Source: Bdellovibrionales bacterium (lineage in GTDB: Bacteria > Bdellovibrionota > Bdellovibrionia > Bdellovibrionales > UBA1609). From it: 64,000 nt of DNA. The position numbers were made by a program, and so were the translations under genes. Shown piece after piece: positions 1-9,436 of this stretch; position 1 is the first letter of the stretch, and each line of letters opens with the position of its first letter. A model generated the notes under the pieces. That model did not search any database, was not told the DNA's origin, and worked only from the letters and a program-made list of their open reading frames with translations. The stretch covers positions 672,001 through 736,000 of the forward strand of contig OZ241877.1 in the NCBI GenBank assembly GCA_965203095.1, in the 5' to 3' direction.

Positions 1-1075
1 AAAGTTGGGCTAATTGTTGAAAAACTTTTGGCATAAGGGATTTGAGATCTTTTTGGCCTTGTTCTGCCCTGTTCAAAATATTGAGTGGTGTCCGGATCCC
101 TGCCACTACATCCTCCCCTTGGGCATTGATTAAAAATTCGCCAAACAGAGCCTTTTCCCCAGTAGATGGGTTTCTGGTAAAAACCACTCCAGTAGCACTA
201 TCAGCCCCCCGATTGCCAAAAACCATGACCTGAATGTTTACAGCTGTTCCCCACACAGAGGAAAGCTGGCTCTTGTCACGGTAAATTAAAGCCCTGGGGT
301 TGTTCCAACTTTTGAACACGGCCTCTATGGCTGTCCAAAGTTGTTCCCAAGGGTCTTCAGGAAAAAGGCGACCACTGTCCTGCAAAATTCGTTCTTTAAA
401 GTGCCGGACAATGCCTCTCCACTCATCGGCCTGAATTTCTGAATCTTCAGAATAATTTTTTTGATTTTTATAGTCCTCTAAATAAACTTCTAAAAGGGAG
501 GAGTTCATTTGCAAGACAACTGAGGAATACATTTGCACAAAACGGCGGTAAGTATCCCAAGCAAATCTTTCATCCTGACAGAGCTGTCCTAAGGCTTTAA
601 CCGACTTTTCATTCAGCCCTAAGTTTAAAATGCTGTCCATCATACCGGGCATGCTCACTACAGCACCGGAACGAACACTTAAAAGTAAAGGCTTTTGAGA
701 GCAACCCAACCGTTTTCCCGTCTCTTGTTCTAACTTGAGAACTGCGGATCGGATTTCCTCTTTGATTTCATTAAGTAAACGGCCCTTTTTAAGAAATAGG
801 GTGCAAAGCTCTGTGCTTAAAGTAAAACCGGGGGGGACGGGAAGGCCCAGTCGCGACATTTCCGCTAAGTTGGCCCCTTTATTGCCTAAAATCTGCTTGT
901 TTTTAGCTGAACCGTCTATCTGACCAGGGCCAAAATGGTAAATATATTTTTTTCCAGCAGGTTGGGCTGGGCTGGTTTGAGGCTTTGTTCTCATTGAAGG
1001 TTTTAAAATCTTCCCCATTATAGAGAGGTTTAAAGCTTGTTTTTGCCTGCCGACTTCAGTTTGTGCTTTACCCAT
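1..1075 (-). CDS. ppdK: Pyruvate phosphate dikinase, 5' part (runs off window start)
   Basis: Manual translation: KYIYHFG...ILGNKGANLAEMSRLGLPVPPGFT, LLSVRSGA..SMPGMMDSILNLG, QVMVFGN, GEDVVAGIRTP. In-frame ATGs at 1075, 1018 and 994. Confidence 0.93.
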   Translation of the reverse strand, partial: MGKAQTEVGRQKQALNLSIMGKILKPSMRTKPQTSPAQPAGKKYIYHFGPGQIDGSAKNKQILGNKGANLAEMSRLGLPVPPGFTLSTELCTLFLKKGRLLNEIKEEIRSAVLKLEQETGKRLGCSQKPLLLSVRSGAVVSMPGMMDSILNLGLNEKSVKALGQLCQDERFAWDTYRRFVQMYSSVVLQMNSSLLEVYLEDYKNQKNYSEDSEIQADEWRGIVRHFKERILQDSGRLFPEDPWEQLWTAIEAVFKSWNNPRALIYRDKSQLSSVWGTAVNIQVMVFGNRGADSATGVVFTRNPSTGEKALFGEFLINAQGEDVVAGIRTPLNILNRAEQGQKDLKSLMPKVFQQLAQL

Positions 1076-1262
1076 AACTCAGCCTTTTTAATCCAGGATC
1101 TCTTTACTATCAAGGGATAAAATTGTCTAATAGAATTATACTGATTTTGTTTAAAAATTCCTACCTTTTCTACTCTGCTTTGACCGGAAAATTCAACTGT
1201 GCTCAAGAGTATAAGTCCTCTTAGTCAAAAAACTCAATAAAAGACATTCTGACAGTGTCAAA

Positions 1263-1619
1263 CTAATCGTCTTTTAGTAGGTGGGCTATTGAAAAGTGAG
1301 ATTCTTGTATAGCCAGATCTAAAGGAGTCTGGCCATCTTTATCTTCTGCCTCTATGTCAGCTCCCGCAGATAATAAAGCACGAACAGCCTCTAAATTCCC
1401 CCAAAAACTGGCATAATGTAGAGCCGTCTGGCGATTTTCACCTCTTTCCTCTATGTTCACTCCCTTTTCTAAAACAGCCTGAACAGCCTCTAAGTCCCCT
1501 ACCTCAATGGCAGAAAACAAAGCCCCCTTTGGGCATACTTCTATACATTGGGTTGAGCTAAGAGCTGACTCGCTAAAAGACATACCAACAAAAACACTAA
1601 TATATAAGATAATCTTCAT
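1263..1619 (-). CDS. Small secreted ankyrin-repeat protein
   Basis: TALHYASFWGNLEAVRALLSAGADIEAEDKDGQTPLDLA ankyrin repeats; signal-like N-terminus MKIILYISVFV; GAGGG RBS before ATG 1619. Confidence 0.85.
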   Translation of the reverse strand: MKIILYISVFVGMSFSESALSSTQCIEVCPKGALFSAIEVGDLEAVQAVLEKGVNIEERGENRQTALHYASFWGNLEAVRALLSAGADIEAEDKDGQTPLDLAIQESHFSIAHLLKDD

Positions 1620-1720
1620 AGTTTTTCCCTCGACTGAGATAGATAACCAAAATATGAACAAGCAAAAATAAAAGCACCAATTAAAATATTCATAAATCTT
1701 GTCAAAAAAGCAACTTTTTT

Positions 1721-2692
1721 TTAACTTTTTTTATCCAACCCCTTTTTGTCCAACCTTTGGGTCACCCATGGGAAGTCCAATACTTGAGATAAAACAGCAC
1801 TTCGAACATACAAACTATTGGACACCTGAGCACTAATGCGACTCCGTTTATCTTTAAAAACCTCCATACTCATCTCTACACCAAAAATACAAGGTCCGGG
1901 GTGCAATATAACAGCTGATTTTTTTAAAATCTCCAACTGCCGAGAGCCCATGTGATACTGATCCCTGTATTCAGCAATAGAAAGACCTATACTCATATCG
2001 TGCCTCTCCTGCTGTATCCGCAAGCACATAACGGCATCCGCCCATTTCACCCCCTCATCTATATTTTTAAAACACTTAACATCTTTCCAAAAATCATCTT
2101 TAGGGAATAAACTTGTAGGAGAGCAAAAAGCCACTTCCGCACCCATTCTTTTTAGGAGCTTTAAATTGGAATTGCTCACCCGGGAATGTAAAATATCCCC
2201 AAGGATTAAAACCTTTTCCCCTTTAATTTTCCCTCTGGCCTCCTTAATAGTGAAAGCATCTATAAGGGCTTGAGTGGGATGCTCATAAGATCCAAAACCT
2301 CCGCTAATGATGGGGACCTCGCCGTCCAATTTAAAGGAAGAACCTTTGTAGCGAAGCACAATTAAAGATGGGTTAAAACTTTTTAAAGTTCTTAAAGTCT
2401 CTTCCAAGCTTTCTCCTTTAACAATGCTGGAAGCTTGAATGTCTGACAAAACCACAGGATGAATGCCCAAGCTATTACAAGCCATCTGAAAACTTACACG
2501 AGTCCTTGTGCTGGGCTCGGCAAATACCAAAAAAGCGTTAATTTCCCTATCATCTTTAAAGGCAAAGATTTTTTTAAGGGATTTTTTTTGAGAACTCAGT
2601 TTTTTGATCTGGGCCGATCTCTCAAAAATGACCTCTATATCCTCATCACTCAGGTCATTTACACTGATAAAAGACTTGTTTTTAATGGACAT
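1721..2692 (-). CDS. pyrB: Aspartate carbamoyltransferase catalytic subunit
   Basis: EPSTRTRVSF, KGESLEET, HPTQALID, GDILHSRV, LRIQQER, LHPGP motifs. Confidence 0.93.
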   Translation of the reverse strand: MSIKNKSFISVNDLSDEDIEVIFERSAQIKKLSSQKKSLKKIFAFKDDREINAFLVFAEPSTRTRVSFQMACNSLGIHPVVLSDIQASSIVKGESLEETLRTLKSFNPSLIVLRYKGSSFKLDGEVPIISGGFGSYEHPTQALIDAFTIKEARGKIKGEKVLILGDILHSRVSNSNLKLLKRMGAEVAFCSPTSLFPKDDFWKDVKCFKNIDEGVKWADAVMCLRIQQERHDMSIGLSIAEYRDQYHMGSRQLEILKKSAVILHPGPCIFGVEMSMEVFKDKRSRISAQVSNSLYVRSAVLSQVLDFPWVTQRLDKKGLDKKS

Positions 2693-2857
2693 TATGAAAA
2701 AGATTGTAAAATGGATAGGTTCTGTTGTCAAATTATTTATTTAAAATGCTGAAAAGTGGGGATTTGGGGCGGATATTTTGTTCAATAAAGGGGCCTGGCA
2801 TCCCTTTTTAACAGCGAGGCTATAAAGATGCGTAAAAAAAAGACCGATAAGTTAAGT

Positions 2858-3808
2858 ATGACAGGTTCAAAGCGGATTTTAAAGGATTTACTCCGCCTTT
2901 TCTTCCATTTTGTGTTTTACACAAAAAAGATCTCACCACATAGCTTAAGGGCTTATAAAAGTGATCTCTGCTCTTTTTTTGGTTTTGAAAAAGCCGATGA
3001 GCAGGGCCTTTCTAAAGCCCTGCCATCTGTCTTTGTTAAAAACAAAACACAATTGGAAAGCGATATTAAGCTTTTAATAGAAAGGGGAGCCAACCAAAAC
3101 TCTAAACTGGCCCCCTCCAGCCGGAATCGCAAAATGGCAGTGGTGAGAAGTTTTATAAAATGGCTGGCCGAGCAAGAATATATCAAAGAGGATTTTAGAT
3201 ATTTGTATCCAACGGGGAAGTCAGTTTTTCGCGTTCCCTCTTTTTTGTCTGTAGATGAGGTTTTTGTTATATTGAAAATGTTTAAAAAAGAGAAAAAAGG
3301 GCCTCGTGCCAATAGGAATCAGGCTTTGTTTTTCCTTCTCTACGGAGGGGGGTTGAGGGTTAGTGAGGCTTCTGTCTTAAAAAACAAAGATGTGGATTGG
3401 CAGGGGCGAACTCTTAGAGTTAAAGGGAAAGGGGGGAAAGAGAGGCTTGTTTCTCTCCCTAAAAAAGCTTTTGAGAAGATAAAAGCTTTAAAATCCCATC
3501 AAATTTATTTATTTGGCCATAAACCTCTTCCTGTAAGAACAGCTTATGGCATTATCCGAGCCATTGGGCAAAAAGCAGGACTTTTAAAACCTCTTCGCCC
3601 TCACGATTTAAGGCATAGCTTTGCCACTCATTTACTTGTAGGTGGCTCAGATCTTCGTGTTTTGCAAGAGTTGTTAGGGCACAAATCGTTGGCCACTACT
3701 CAAAAATACACTCATTTAGATTTAGCCCATCTGTCCCGTGCTTTAGAGAAATATCACCCTTTGTTAAAACAGCCCCTGTTTGATCCACAAAAAAGATCTC
3801 ATTCCTGA
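2858..3808 (+). CDS. XerC/XerD-family tyrosine recombinase
   Basis: GLRVSE, KGKGGKER, HDLRHSFATH, LLGH, TTQKYTH. Start could be 2828 or 2858; 2858 chosen because of the promoter motif. Confidence 0.9.
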   Translation: MTGSKRILKDLLRLFFHFVFYTKKISPHSLRAYKSDLCSFFGFEKADEQGLSKALPSVFVKNKTQLESDIKLLIERGANQNSKLAPSSRNRKMAVVRSFIKWLAEQEYIKEDFRYLYPTGKSVFRVPSFLSVDEVFVILKMFKKEKKGPRANRNQALFFLLYGGGLRVSEASVLKNKDVDWQGRTLRVKGKGGKERLVSLPKKAFEKIKALKSHQIYLFGHKPLPVRTAYGIIRAIGQKAGLLKPLRPHDLRHSFATHLLVGGSDLRVLQELLGHKSLATTQKYTHLDLAHLSRALEKYHPLLKQPLFDPQKRSHS

Positions 3809-3860
3809 GTTGACAGTTGATAAAGCTTTTTATACAATCCAGCCCAAAAAGGAGGTAGAT

Positions 3861-4328
3861 ATGAAAGGCCAGCCAGAAGTGATCTCTTCTTTAAAAGGGA
3901 TTTTGACCAATGAATTGACTGCTGTTAATCAATACTTTTTACATGCTCGCATGTGTAAAAACTGGGGCTATCAAAAAATAGGGGAGCATTTTTACAAAGA
4001 ATCTATAGATGAGATGAAACATGCCCGAAGCATTATCGATCGCATCTTGTTTTTAGAAGGGGTTCCCAATGTTCAAAAATTGCACCCTTTAAAAGTGGGT
4101 CATAATGTTAAAACCCAGTTAGAAAATGATCTTCAGTTGGAAACTCAAGCCATTTCTGACTTAAAAAAAGCTATTGAAATTTGCATAAAAGCAGAGGATT
4201 TTGCCTCAAAAGATCTGTTGGAAAATATTTTAATTGGTGAAGAGGAGCACACTGACTGGATAGAAAGCCAGCTAAATTTAATTAAAGAACTTGGTTTGGA
4301 AATTTATTTAAGCCAACAGCTCAATTAG
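3861..4328 (+). CDS. bfr: Bacterioferritin
   Basis: MKG..., ELTAVNQYFLHARM, DEMKHA, RILFLEG, EEEHTDW; GGAGG RBS at 3851. Confidence 0.95.
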   Translation: MKGQPEVISSLKGILTNELTAVNQYFLHARMCKNWGYQKIGEHFYKESIDEMKHARSIIDRILFLEGVPNVQKLHPLKVGHNVKTQLENDLQLETQAISDLKKAIEICIKAEDFASKDLLENILIGEEEHTDWIESQLNLIKELGLEIYLSQQLN

Positions 4329-4713
4329 CCTCGGATTGAACGGCAATCACTTCCACTTCCACTTTGGCCTTCAGAGGCAAAGCAGAAACCTCAATACAGG
4401 ATCGGGCGGGCTTGTGGTTTCTAAAGTAAGATTCATATACTTGATTGAACTTAGGGAAATCCTCCATGTTTGTTAAAAACACCATGCTTTTGACAACATT
4501 TTTAAAATCCATATTTTCTGCGGATAAAACAGCTTTTATATTTTTAAAAACTTGTCGGGACTGAGCCTCTATACCAGAGTCAACTATTTTTAAGCTGGGG
4601 GCTTGAAGAGGGATTTGTCCAGAGCAAAAAAGCCATGGCCCCGCTTTAAAAGCTTGGGAATAAGGGCCTACAGGTTGAGGGGCTTTAGCTGTCACAACAG
4701 GTTTGAGTAGCAT
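4321..4713 (-). CDS. ridA: RidA/YjgF family enamine deaminase
   Basis: APQPVGPYSQA, SGQIP, PARSCIEVSALP, VEVEVIA. Confidence 0.9.
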   Translation of the reverse strand: MLLKPVVTAKAPQPVGPYSQAFKAGPWLFCSGQIPLQAPSLKIVDSGIEAQSRQVFKNIKAVLSAENMDFKNVVKSMVFLTNMEDFPKFNQVYESYFRNHKPARSCIEVSALPLKAKVEVEVIAVQSEAN

Positions 4714-4746
4714 GTTGAGTTTTTTACATAAAAAATCAGGCTTTGT

Positions 4747-5733
4747 CTACTTTTTTTCGCTTTCGTTTTTCAGCTTGTTTATCTCCTCTTCGGAAAGCCC
4801 CGTCACTTCAGAGATAAAGGCAATATCTGTTTGTTTTCTCAGCATATTTAAAATGACCTGTTGCATACCCTGTTGCATACCCTGTTGCATACCTTCTTGC
4901 CGGCCCTCTTGCAAGCCCTCTTGTCGGGCTGACTTTCTGATATATTCTTTTATGTTCATATAACCTCCTTGTGAAAAAATACCCTTCCTGATAGCCTCCC
5001 GTTCTAAATCCTCCCATAACTCCTGTGTCATACCCGGAATAGCAGACCAAAAATAATTCCCTACATTCAGTGTTAAATCCTCTTTGTCTCCCGGCCAGTT
5101 GTCAAATAAAGAAACGGCCTTTTTCAAACCTCTTTCTTCTGCTTTTAAAGTCCAAATTCGTTTCAAAACCCATAGAAATCCACGGCTTTTAACACTCTTG
5201 TCAGCAATCGCTTTTTCCACTCTTGGATCATGAATATCAATCAACCTTATACCATAATCTAACATATCTTTTGCCAAAGAGGAAGGAATTTTTGGCAAAA
5301 ACCACCCCCAAAGCCCTTTTTTAAAGGATTTCGGCCATTTCCAAGGCTCCTTTCCATGGTAAAACACAACAGCGATTACAGGGCCATTGGCCTTCAACTC
5401 CTCCAAACTTTTGCCTATAATGAAAGTCTTGTATTTCAAAATCTGATGATAAATCCTGTAGCTAAAATGGGACTTATGTTCTAAAAGCAAACAAAAATTG
5501 ACCCGCCGATCCCTTTCATTTTTAAGCGGGACAGAAAAAATCAAATCCGCCCTTATGTCCTGAAAACTGTCCTTTTCCGCCCGAAGGCCATCCCAGTCAA
5601 AAACAATCATCTCCTTTTTTGAAAAGACCAGCTGAAACAGCTCTTTAGCAAAGCACGGGTCGGAATAACAGGCCTTAAAAAATAGGTCGTGATGGGTGGT
5701 TTTCTTTTTTTCTTTTTCTGAATCTTGTGTCAT
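4747..5733 (-). CDS. Rpn/YhgA family recombination-promoting nuclease (copy 1)
   Basis: HDLFFK, RADLIFSV, LLEHKS, VVFYHG and C-terminal GxQE/GMQQ repeats with IAFISEVTGLS; GGAGG RBS. Confidence 0.88.
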   Translation of the reverse strand: MTQDSEKEKKKTTHHDLFFKACYSDPCFAKELFQLVFSKKEMIVFDWDGLRAEKDSFQDIRADLIFSVPLKNERDRRVNFCLLLEHKSHFSYRIYHQILKYKTFIIGKSLEELKANGPVIAVVFYHGKEPWKWPKSFKKGLWGWFLPKIPSSLAKDMLDYGIRLIDIHDPRVEKAIADKSVKSRGFLWVLKRIWTLKAEERGLKKAVSLFDNWPGDKEDLTLNVGNYFWSAIPGMTQELWEDLEREAIRKGIFSQGGYMNIKEYIRKSARQEGLQEGRQEGMQQGMQQGMQQVILNMLRKQTDIAFISEVTGLSEEEINKLKNESEKK

Positions 5734-5782
5734 GATGACTTCTTTACCTCCAAAAAACACACAAAGAATAGAGGATAACATA

Positions 5783-8700
5783 ATGAGAGAAGAACAAGCA
5801 AGAAAAATAGTTGAAAAAACTTTTGAGCAAGTTTTCGATAAGGGGCGGTTTGTTTATTTCATAAAAAATCTTCTCAACTTCTTTGAGGAAAAAACTTTTA
5901 TTTATAAAGGAAACACTATTCCCAAAGCCTTTCAAGACTCTGTTAGAACTCTTGAGCGGGTAGGGCAATATAAAGATCCGGAAGGGAAAATCATTGATAT
6001 TCTGATCGTCCTTATGAAAAAGGAAAGAGCTTTGCAGTCAGCTCGCTCCCAACAGAGAAACTTTATCTCTTGGTATTTAAAAAGTCGAGGGGACATTTTA
6101 AAAGACGGTGCACTTGTCGCTTTTGTCGCTCCTAATGGGGAGGATTGGCGGTTTTCCTTTGTAAAAATGGAATATAAATTTGATAAGCAAGCAAAAATCA
6201 AAGAGGAATGGACCCCTGCCCGCCGTTATTCTTTTCTTGTGGGAAAAAACGAAGTAAGCCACACGGCCCAAAGTTCTTTTATTTCACTTTTGCAAAATGA
6301 TGAGGAGAATCCCTCTCTTGAGGAGTTAGAACAAGCTTTCTCTGTGGAAAGAGTGACGAAGGAGTTTTTTGAAAAATACCGAGAGCTTTTTCATAAACTA
6401 AAAGACTCTTTAGATAAAGTTATTGAAGGGGACAAAAAAATCAAAACAGATTTTTCGAGCAAGGGGATCCAGTCTGCTGATTTTGCTAAAAAACTTTTAG
6501 GCCAAATTGTGTTTTTGTATTTTCTTCAGAAAAAAGGTTGGTTTGGTGTGGAGAGAGGGAAGGAGTGGGGCACTGGCTCAAAACATTTTTTGCGGGAACT
6601 TTTTAATGCACGATCTCAGTCTTCCCTCAGTCCTTCCTCCGCGAAAGCAGGGATAAAAAATTCAACCTCCAGTCCTTCCCGCGAGAAAGCGAAGGGGGCG
6701 GGAACAGAAACCCAACAATTCTTTAACAACATTTTGGAACCTCTTTTTTACGAAGCCTTAGGCCGGGAGCATGAACAAGATTATTACAGCCGATTTGATT
6801 GCCGGATCCCTTTTTTAAACGGAGGCTTGTTTGAGCCAATCAATGGCTATGATTGGATAGGGACAGACATCTTTTTGCCGGACAGTTTGTTTTCCAACCA
6901 AACCAAAACCAAAGAGGGGGATATTGGGGATGGCATCTTAGATATTTTTGACCGATACAATTTCACAGTGCGGGAAGATGAGCCTTTGGAAAAAGAAGTC
7001 GCCATTGACCCGGAAATGTTAGGCAAAGTATTCGAGAATCTTTTGGAAGTAAGGGACCGTAAATCCAAAGGGACATATTACACCCCAAGGGAGATTGTTC
7101 ATTACATGTGTCAGCAAAGTTTAATCAATTATCTCTTTTCCTCCCTATCCGAAAAGCCTTTCGGCTTGCCCCCGTCAAATTTGCCAGAAAGCCCCCCGGA
7201 CTTTCTGGCTCCCGTGCAAACGAGAATCCAAAAATCCGATATTGAAATTTTTATTAAGATCAGCGACTCTTCTGTTCCGCATGATACCATTTACCAAAAG
7301 CAAAAACTGGAAAAAATACCAAAAGAAAAAAACAAAAACTACAAAGGCAGGTATTCTAAGTCCAAAATGCCAAAAGTGATTGTTGAAAACGCCTCTTTAA
7401 TAGATCAAAAATTAGCAAGTATAAAGATATGCGATCCGGCAGTAGGCTCCGGTGCTTTCCCCGTGGGGATGATGAATGAAGTTGTCCGTGCCCGAACTGC
7501 CCTCACTCCTTTTATAAAAAACCCCTCTGAGTCTGCCCCTCCCGAAAAGCCTTTCGGCTTGCCCCCGGCAAGCCTCAATCCCGCCGAGTTTGCCAAAAAG
7601 TCCCCCAGACTTTCAAGCTCCCGAAAAGCCCGTCTTTCCCGCGAAAGCGGGAACCCAGAATCCAGTCGTTCCCTCCGAGCCAGTCATTCCCTCCGACTCA
7701 GTCATTCCCGTGAAAACGGGAATCCATACCTCCTTGATAAGGGGGGCCAGGGGGGTTCAAGAAGTTCTTACCACTTCAAACGCCATGCGATTGAGCACTC
7801 CTTATATGGTGTGGATATTGATCCAAGTGCTATAGAGATCGCCAAACTCCGGCTTTGGCTTTCCCTCGTAGTGGATGAAGAGGATCGGGAAACAGTCCAA
7901 CCTCTTCCTAACTTAGATTACAAAATGCTTTGTGGCCATTCACTCTTAGGGGTGGAAAAAGAAGATTTTTCTGGCACTCCTGACATGTTTTATAAAAAAG
8001 ATATGGAAGAATTTAAACAAAAGAAAAGTCTTTATTTTAACGAAACCCGTCATAAACAAAAACAACAATACAAACAGGAAATTGAGCAGTTTATAGATAA
8101 GATCACAAAGGGCAAAAAAATCTTTGATTTTGAAGTCTACTTCTCTGAAGTTTTTCATGAAAAAGGGGGCTTTGATGTCGTCATCGCCAACCCTCCTTAT
8201 ATTGAGCACAAAAAACTCAAAGGGATCAGCAATCAACTAAAATCTTATCAAACATATTCAGGCACTGCTGATTTGTATGTTTATTTTTATGAAATCGCAT
8301 TAAATATCTTAAGAAAAAATGGAGTTCTAACTTATATATCATCAAATAAATTTATTAAGGCAAGATATGGGGTTAATTTAAGGTCATTGCTTTCTAAACA
8401 TAGGATATATAATATAGTTGATTTTACAAACATACATATTTTTAATGCTCTTGTAGCCAGTTGCATTTTGATTATTTCAAAGTCTAAAGCTAAAGAGGAT
8501 GTAGTTGCCTCGTTTCCAGATGAGACTTTTGTAGGTGATCTGTCAAAATTTATTTATGCACATAATATAAAAATTCCTGCTTCGACTTTAGGTGATGATA
8601 TTTGGCATCTTACAGATAAAACTCAAATAGAATTAAAAAATAAAATCAAAGAGAACACTAAAAAACTGGGAGCTATTTCAGGTGTAAAAATTTTTAGAGG

Positions 8701-9436
8701 GGTCACAACTGGCTATAATCCTGCATTTATTATTGATGAAGATACCAGAAAAAACCTTATCAAATTAGATAAATCTAACAAAGACATAATAAAGCCTCTT
8801 TTACAAGGACGAAACATAAAAGAATGGACATTTAAAAAAAGTGCATCCTACCTTTTGCTCACAGATTATGATATTGACATTTCAAAAAAATACCCTTTCA
8901 TTTTTCAACATCTTGAAAAGTTCAAAAAGTTTTTAATCAGAAGAGCTGATCAAGGAAGGAAATGGTGGAATTTACGGGCTTGTAAATATTATAATAAATT
9001 TGAACAGAAAAAAATTATATGGGGATTAACTGCCAATGAATGGGCTTTTACTTGGGACGAAAAAGGACATTTTTTGCCAAGCAATGGCTATATTTTAACT
9101 TCCGAAGAGCTTCATTTGAAATATATCTTGGCTCTAATGAATAGCAAACTAATGAAGTTTTATTTTTCATTTATAGGTATTATGACAGCTGGCGGAGCAT
9201 TCACTCTAAAACACGAAACTATTTATAATTTTCCTATAAAAATCGTTCAAAATAAAAACCAAAAACCATTGATTGATCTCGTGGATAAAATCCTCAATAT
9301 TACAAAAGCAAAGGATTATTTAAAAAACCCCACAAAGCAAGCCAAAGTCCAACAATACGAAAAACAAATTGACCAACTAATTTATAAACTTTACAATCTC
9401 ACTCCTTCCGAAATAAAAATTATAGAGGACTTTTAA
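5783..9436 (+). CDS. Type IIG restriction-modification fusion (Eco57I/TaqI-like N6-adenine methyltransferase)
   Basis: FLNGGLF, LGKVFENLL, GTYYTPREIV, DPAVGSGAF, GVDID, FDVVIANPPY, DLYVYF, C-terminal IDQLIYKLYNLT. Carries in-frame repeat insertions. Confidence 0.9.
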   Translation: MREEQARKIVEKTFEQVFDKGRFVYFIKNLLNFFEEKTFIYKGNTIPKAFQDSVRTLERVGQYKDPEGKIIDILIVLMKKERALQSARSQQRNFISWYLKSRGDILKDGALVAFVAPNGEDWRFSFVKMEYKFDKQAKIKEEWTPARRYSFLVGKNEVSHTAQSSFISLLQNDEENPSLEELEQAFSVERVTKEFFEKYRELFHKLKDSLDKVIEGDKKIKTDFSSKGIQSADFAKKLLGQIVFLYFLQKKGWFGVERGKEWGTGSKHFLRELFNARSQSSLSPSSAKAGIKNSTSSPSREKAKGAGTETQQFFNNILEPLFYEALGREHEQDYYSRFDCRIPFLNGGLFEPINGYDWIGTDIFLPDSLFSNQTKTKEGDIGDGILDIFDRYNFTVREDEPLEKEVAIDPEMLGKVFENLLEVRDRKSKGTYYTPREIVHYMCQQSLINYLFSSLSEKPFGLPPSNLPESPPDFLAPVQTRIQKSDIEIFIKISDSSVPHDTIYQKQKLEKIPKEKNKNYKGRYSKSKMPKVIVENASLIDQKLASIKICDPAVGSGAFPVGMMNEVVRARTALTPFIKNPSESAPPEKPFGLPPASLNPAEFAKKSPRLSSSRKARLSRESGNPESSRSLRASHSLRLSHSRENGNPYLLDKGGQGGSRSSYHFKRHAIEHSLYGVDIDPSAIEIAKLRLWLSLVVDEEDRETVQPLPNLDYKMLCGHSLLGVEKEDFSGTPDMFYKKDMEEFKQKKSLYFNETRHKQKQQYKQEIEQFIDKITKGKKIFDFEVYFSEVFHEKGGFDVVIANPPYIEHKKLKGISNQLKSYQTYSGTADLYVYFYEIALNILRKNGVLTYISSNKFIKARYGVNLRSLLSKHRIYNIVDFTNIHIFNALVASCILIISKSKAKEDVVASFPDETFVGDLSKFIYAHNIKIPASTLGDDIWHLTDKTQIELKNKIKENTKKLGAISGVKIFRGVTTGYNPAFIIDEDTRKNLIKLDKSNKDIIKPLLQGRNIKEWTFKKSASYLLLTDYDIDISKKYPFIFQHLEKFKKFLIRRADQGRKWWNLRACKYYNKFEQKKIIWGLTANEWAFTWDEKGHFLPSNGYILTSEELHLKYILALMNSKLMKFYFSFIGIMTAGGAFTLKHETIYNFPIKIVQNKNQKPLIDLVDKILNITKAKDYLKNPTKQAKVQQYEKQIDQLIYKLYNLTPSEIKIIEDF
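6615..6712 (+). repeat. Degenerate palindromic repeat, in-frame within the R-M gene
   Basis: cagtccttcctccgcgaaagcagggat and cagtccttcccgcgagaaagcgaagggggcgggaac; translates as low-complexity SQSSLSPSSAKAG. Confidence 0.55.
7148..7230 (+). repeat. Palindromic repeat, in-frame within the R-M gene
   Basis: ccgaaaagcctttcgg and gccagaaag-cccccc-ggactttctggc hairpins, ending cccgtgcaaacgagaatcca; matches intergenic copy at 12388. Confidence 0.8.
7535..7760 (+). repeat. Cluster of palindromic repeats, in-frame within the R-M gene
   Basis: ccgaaaagcctttcgg, ttcccgcgaaagcgggaa, gtcattcccgtgaaaacgggaatcca, cctccttgataagggggg. Confidence 0.8.

Noticed and set aside
2828..3808. Island integrase for region 1
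   Set aside because: Looks like chromosomal XerC/D between pyrB and bfr, separated from the island by housekeeping genes; no att sites seen.
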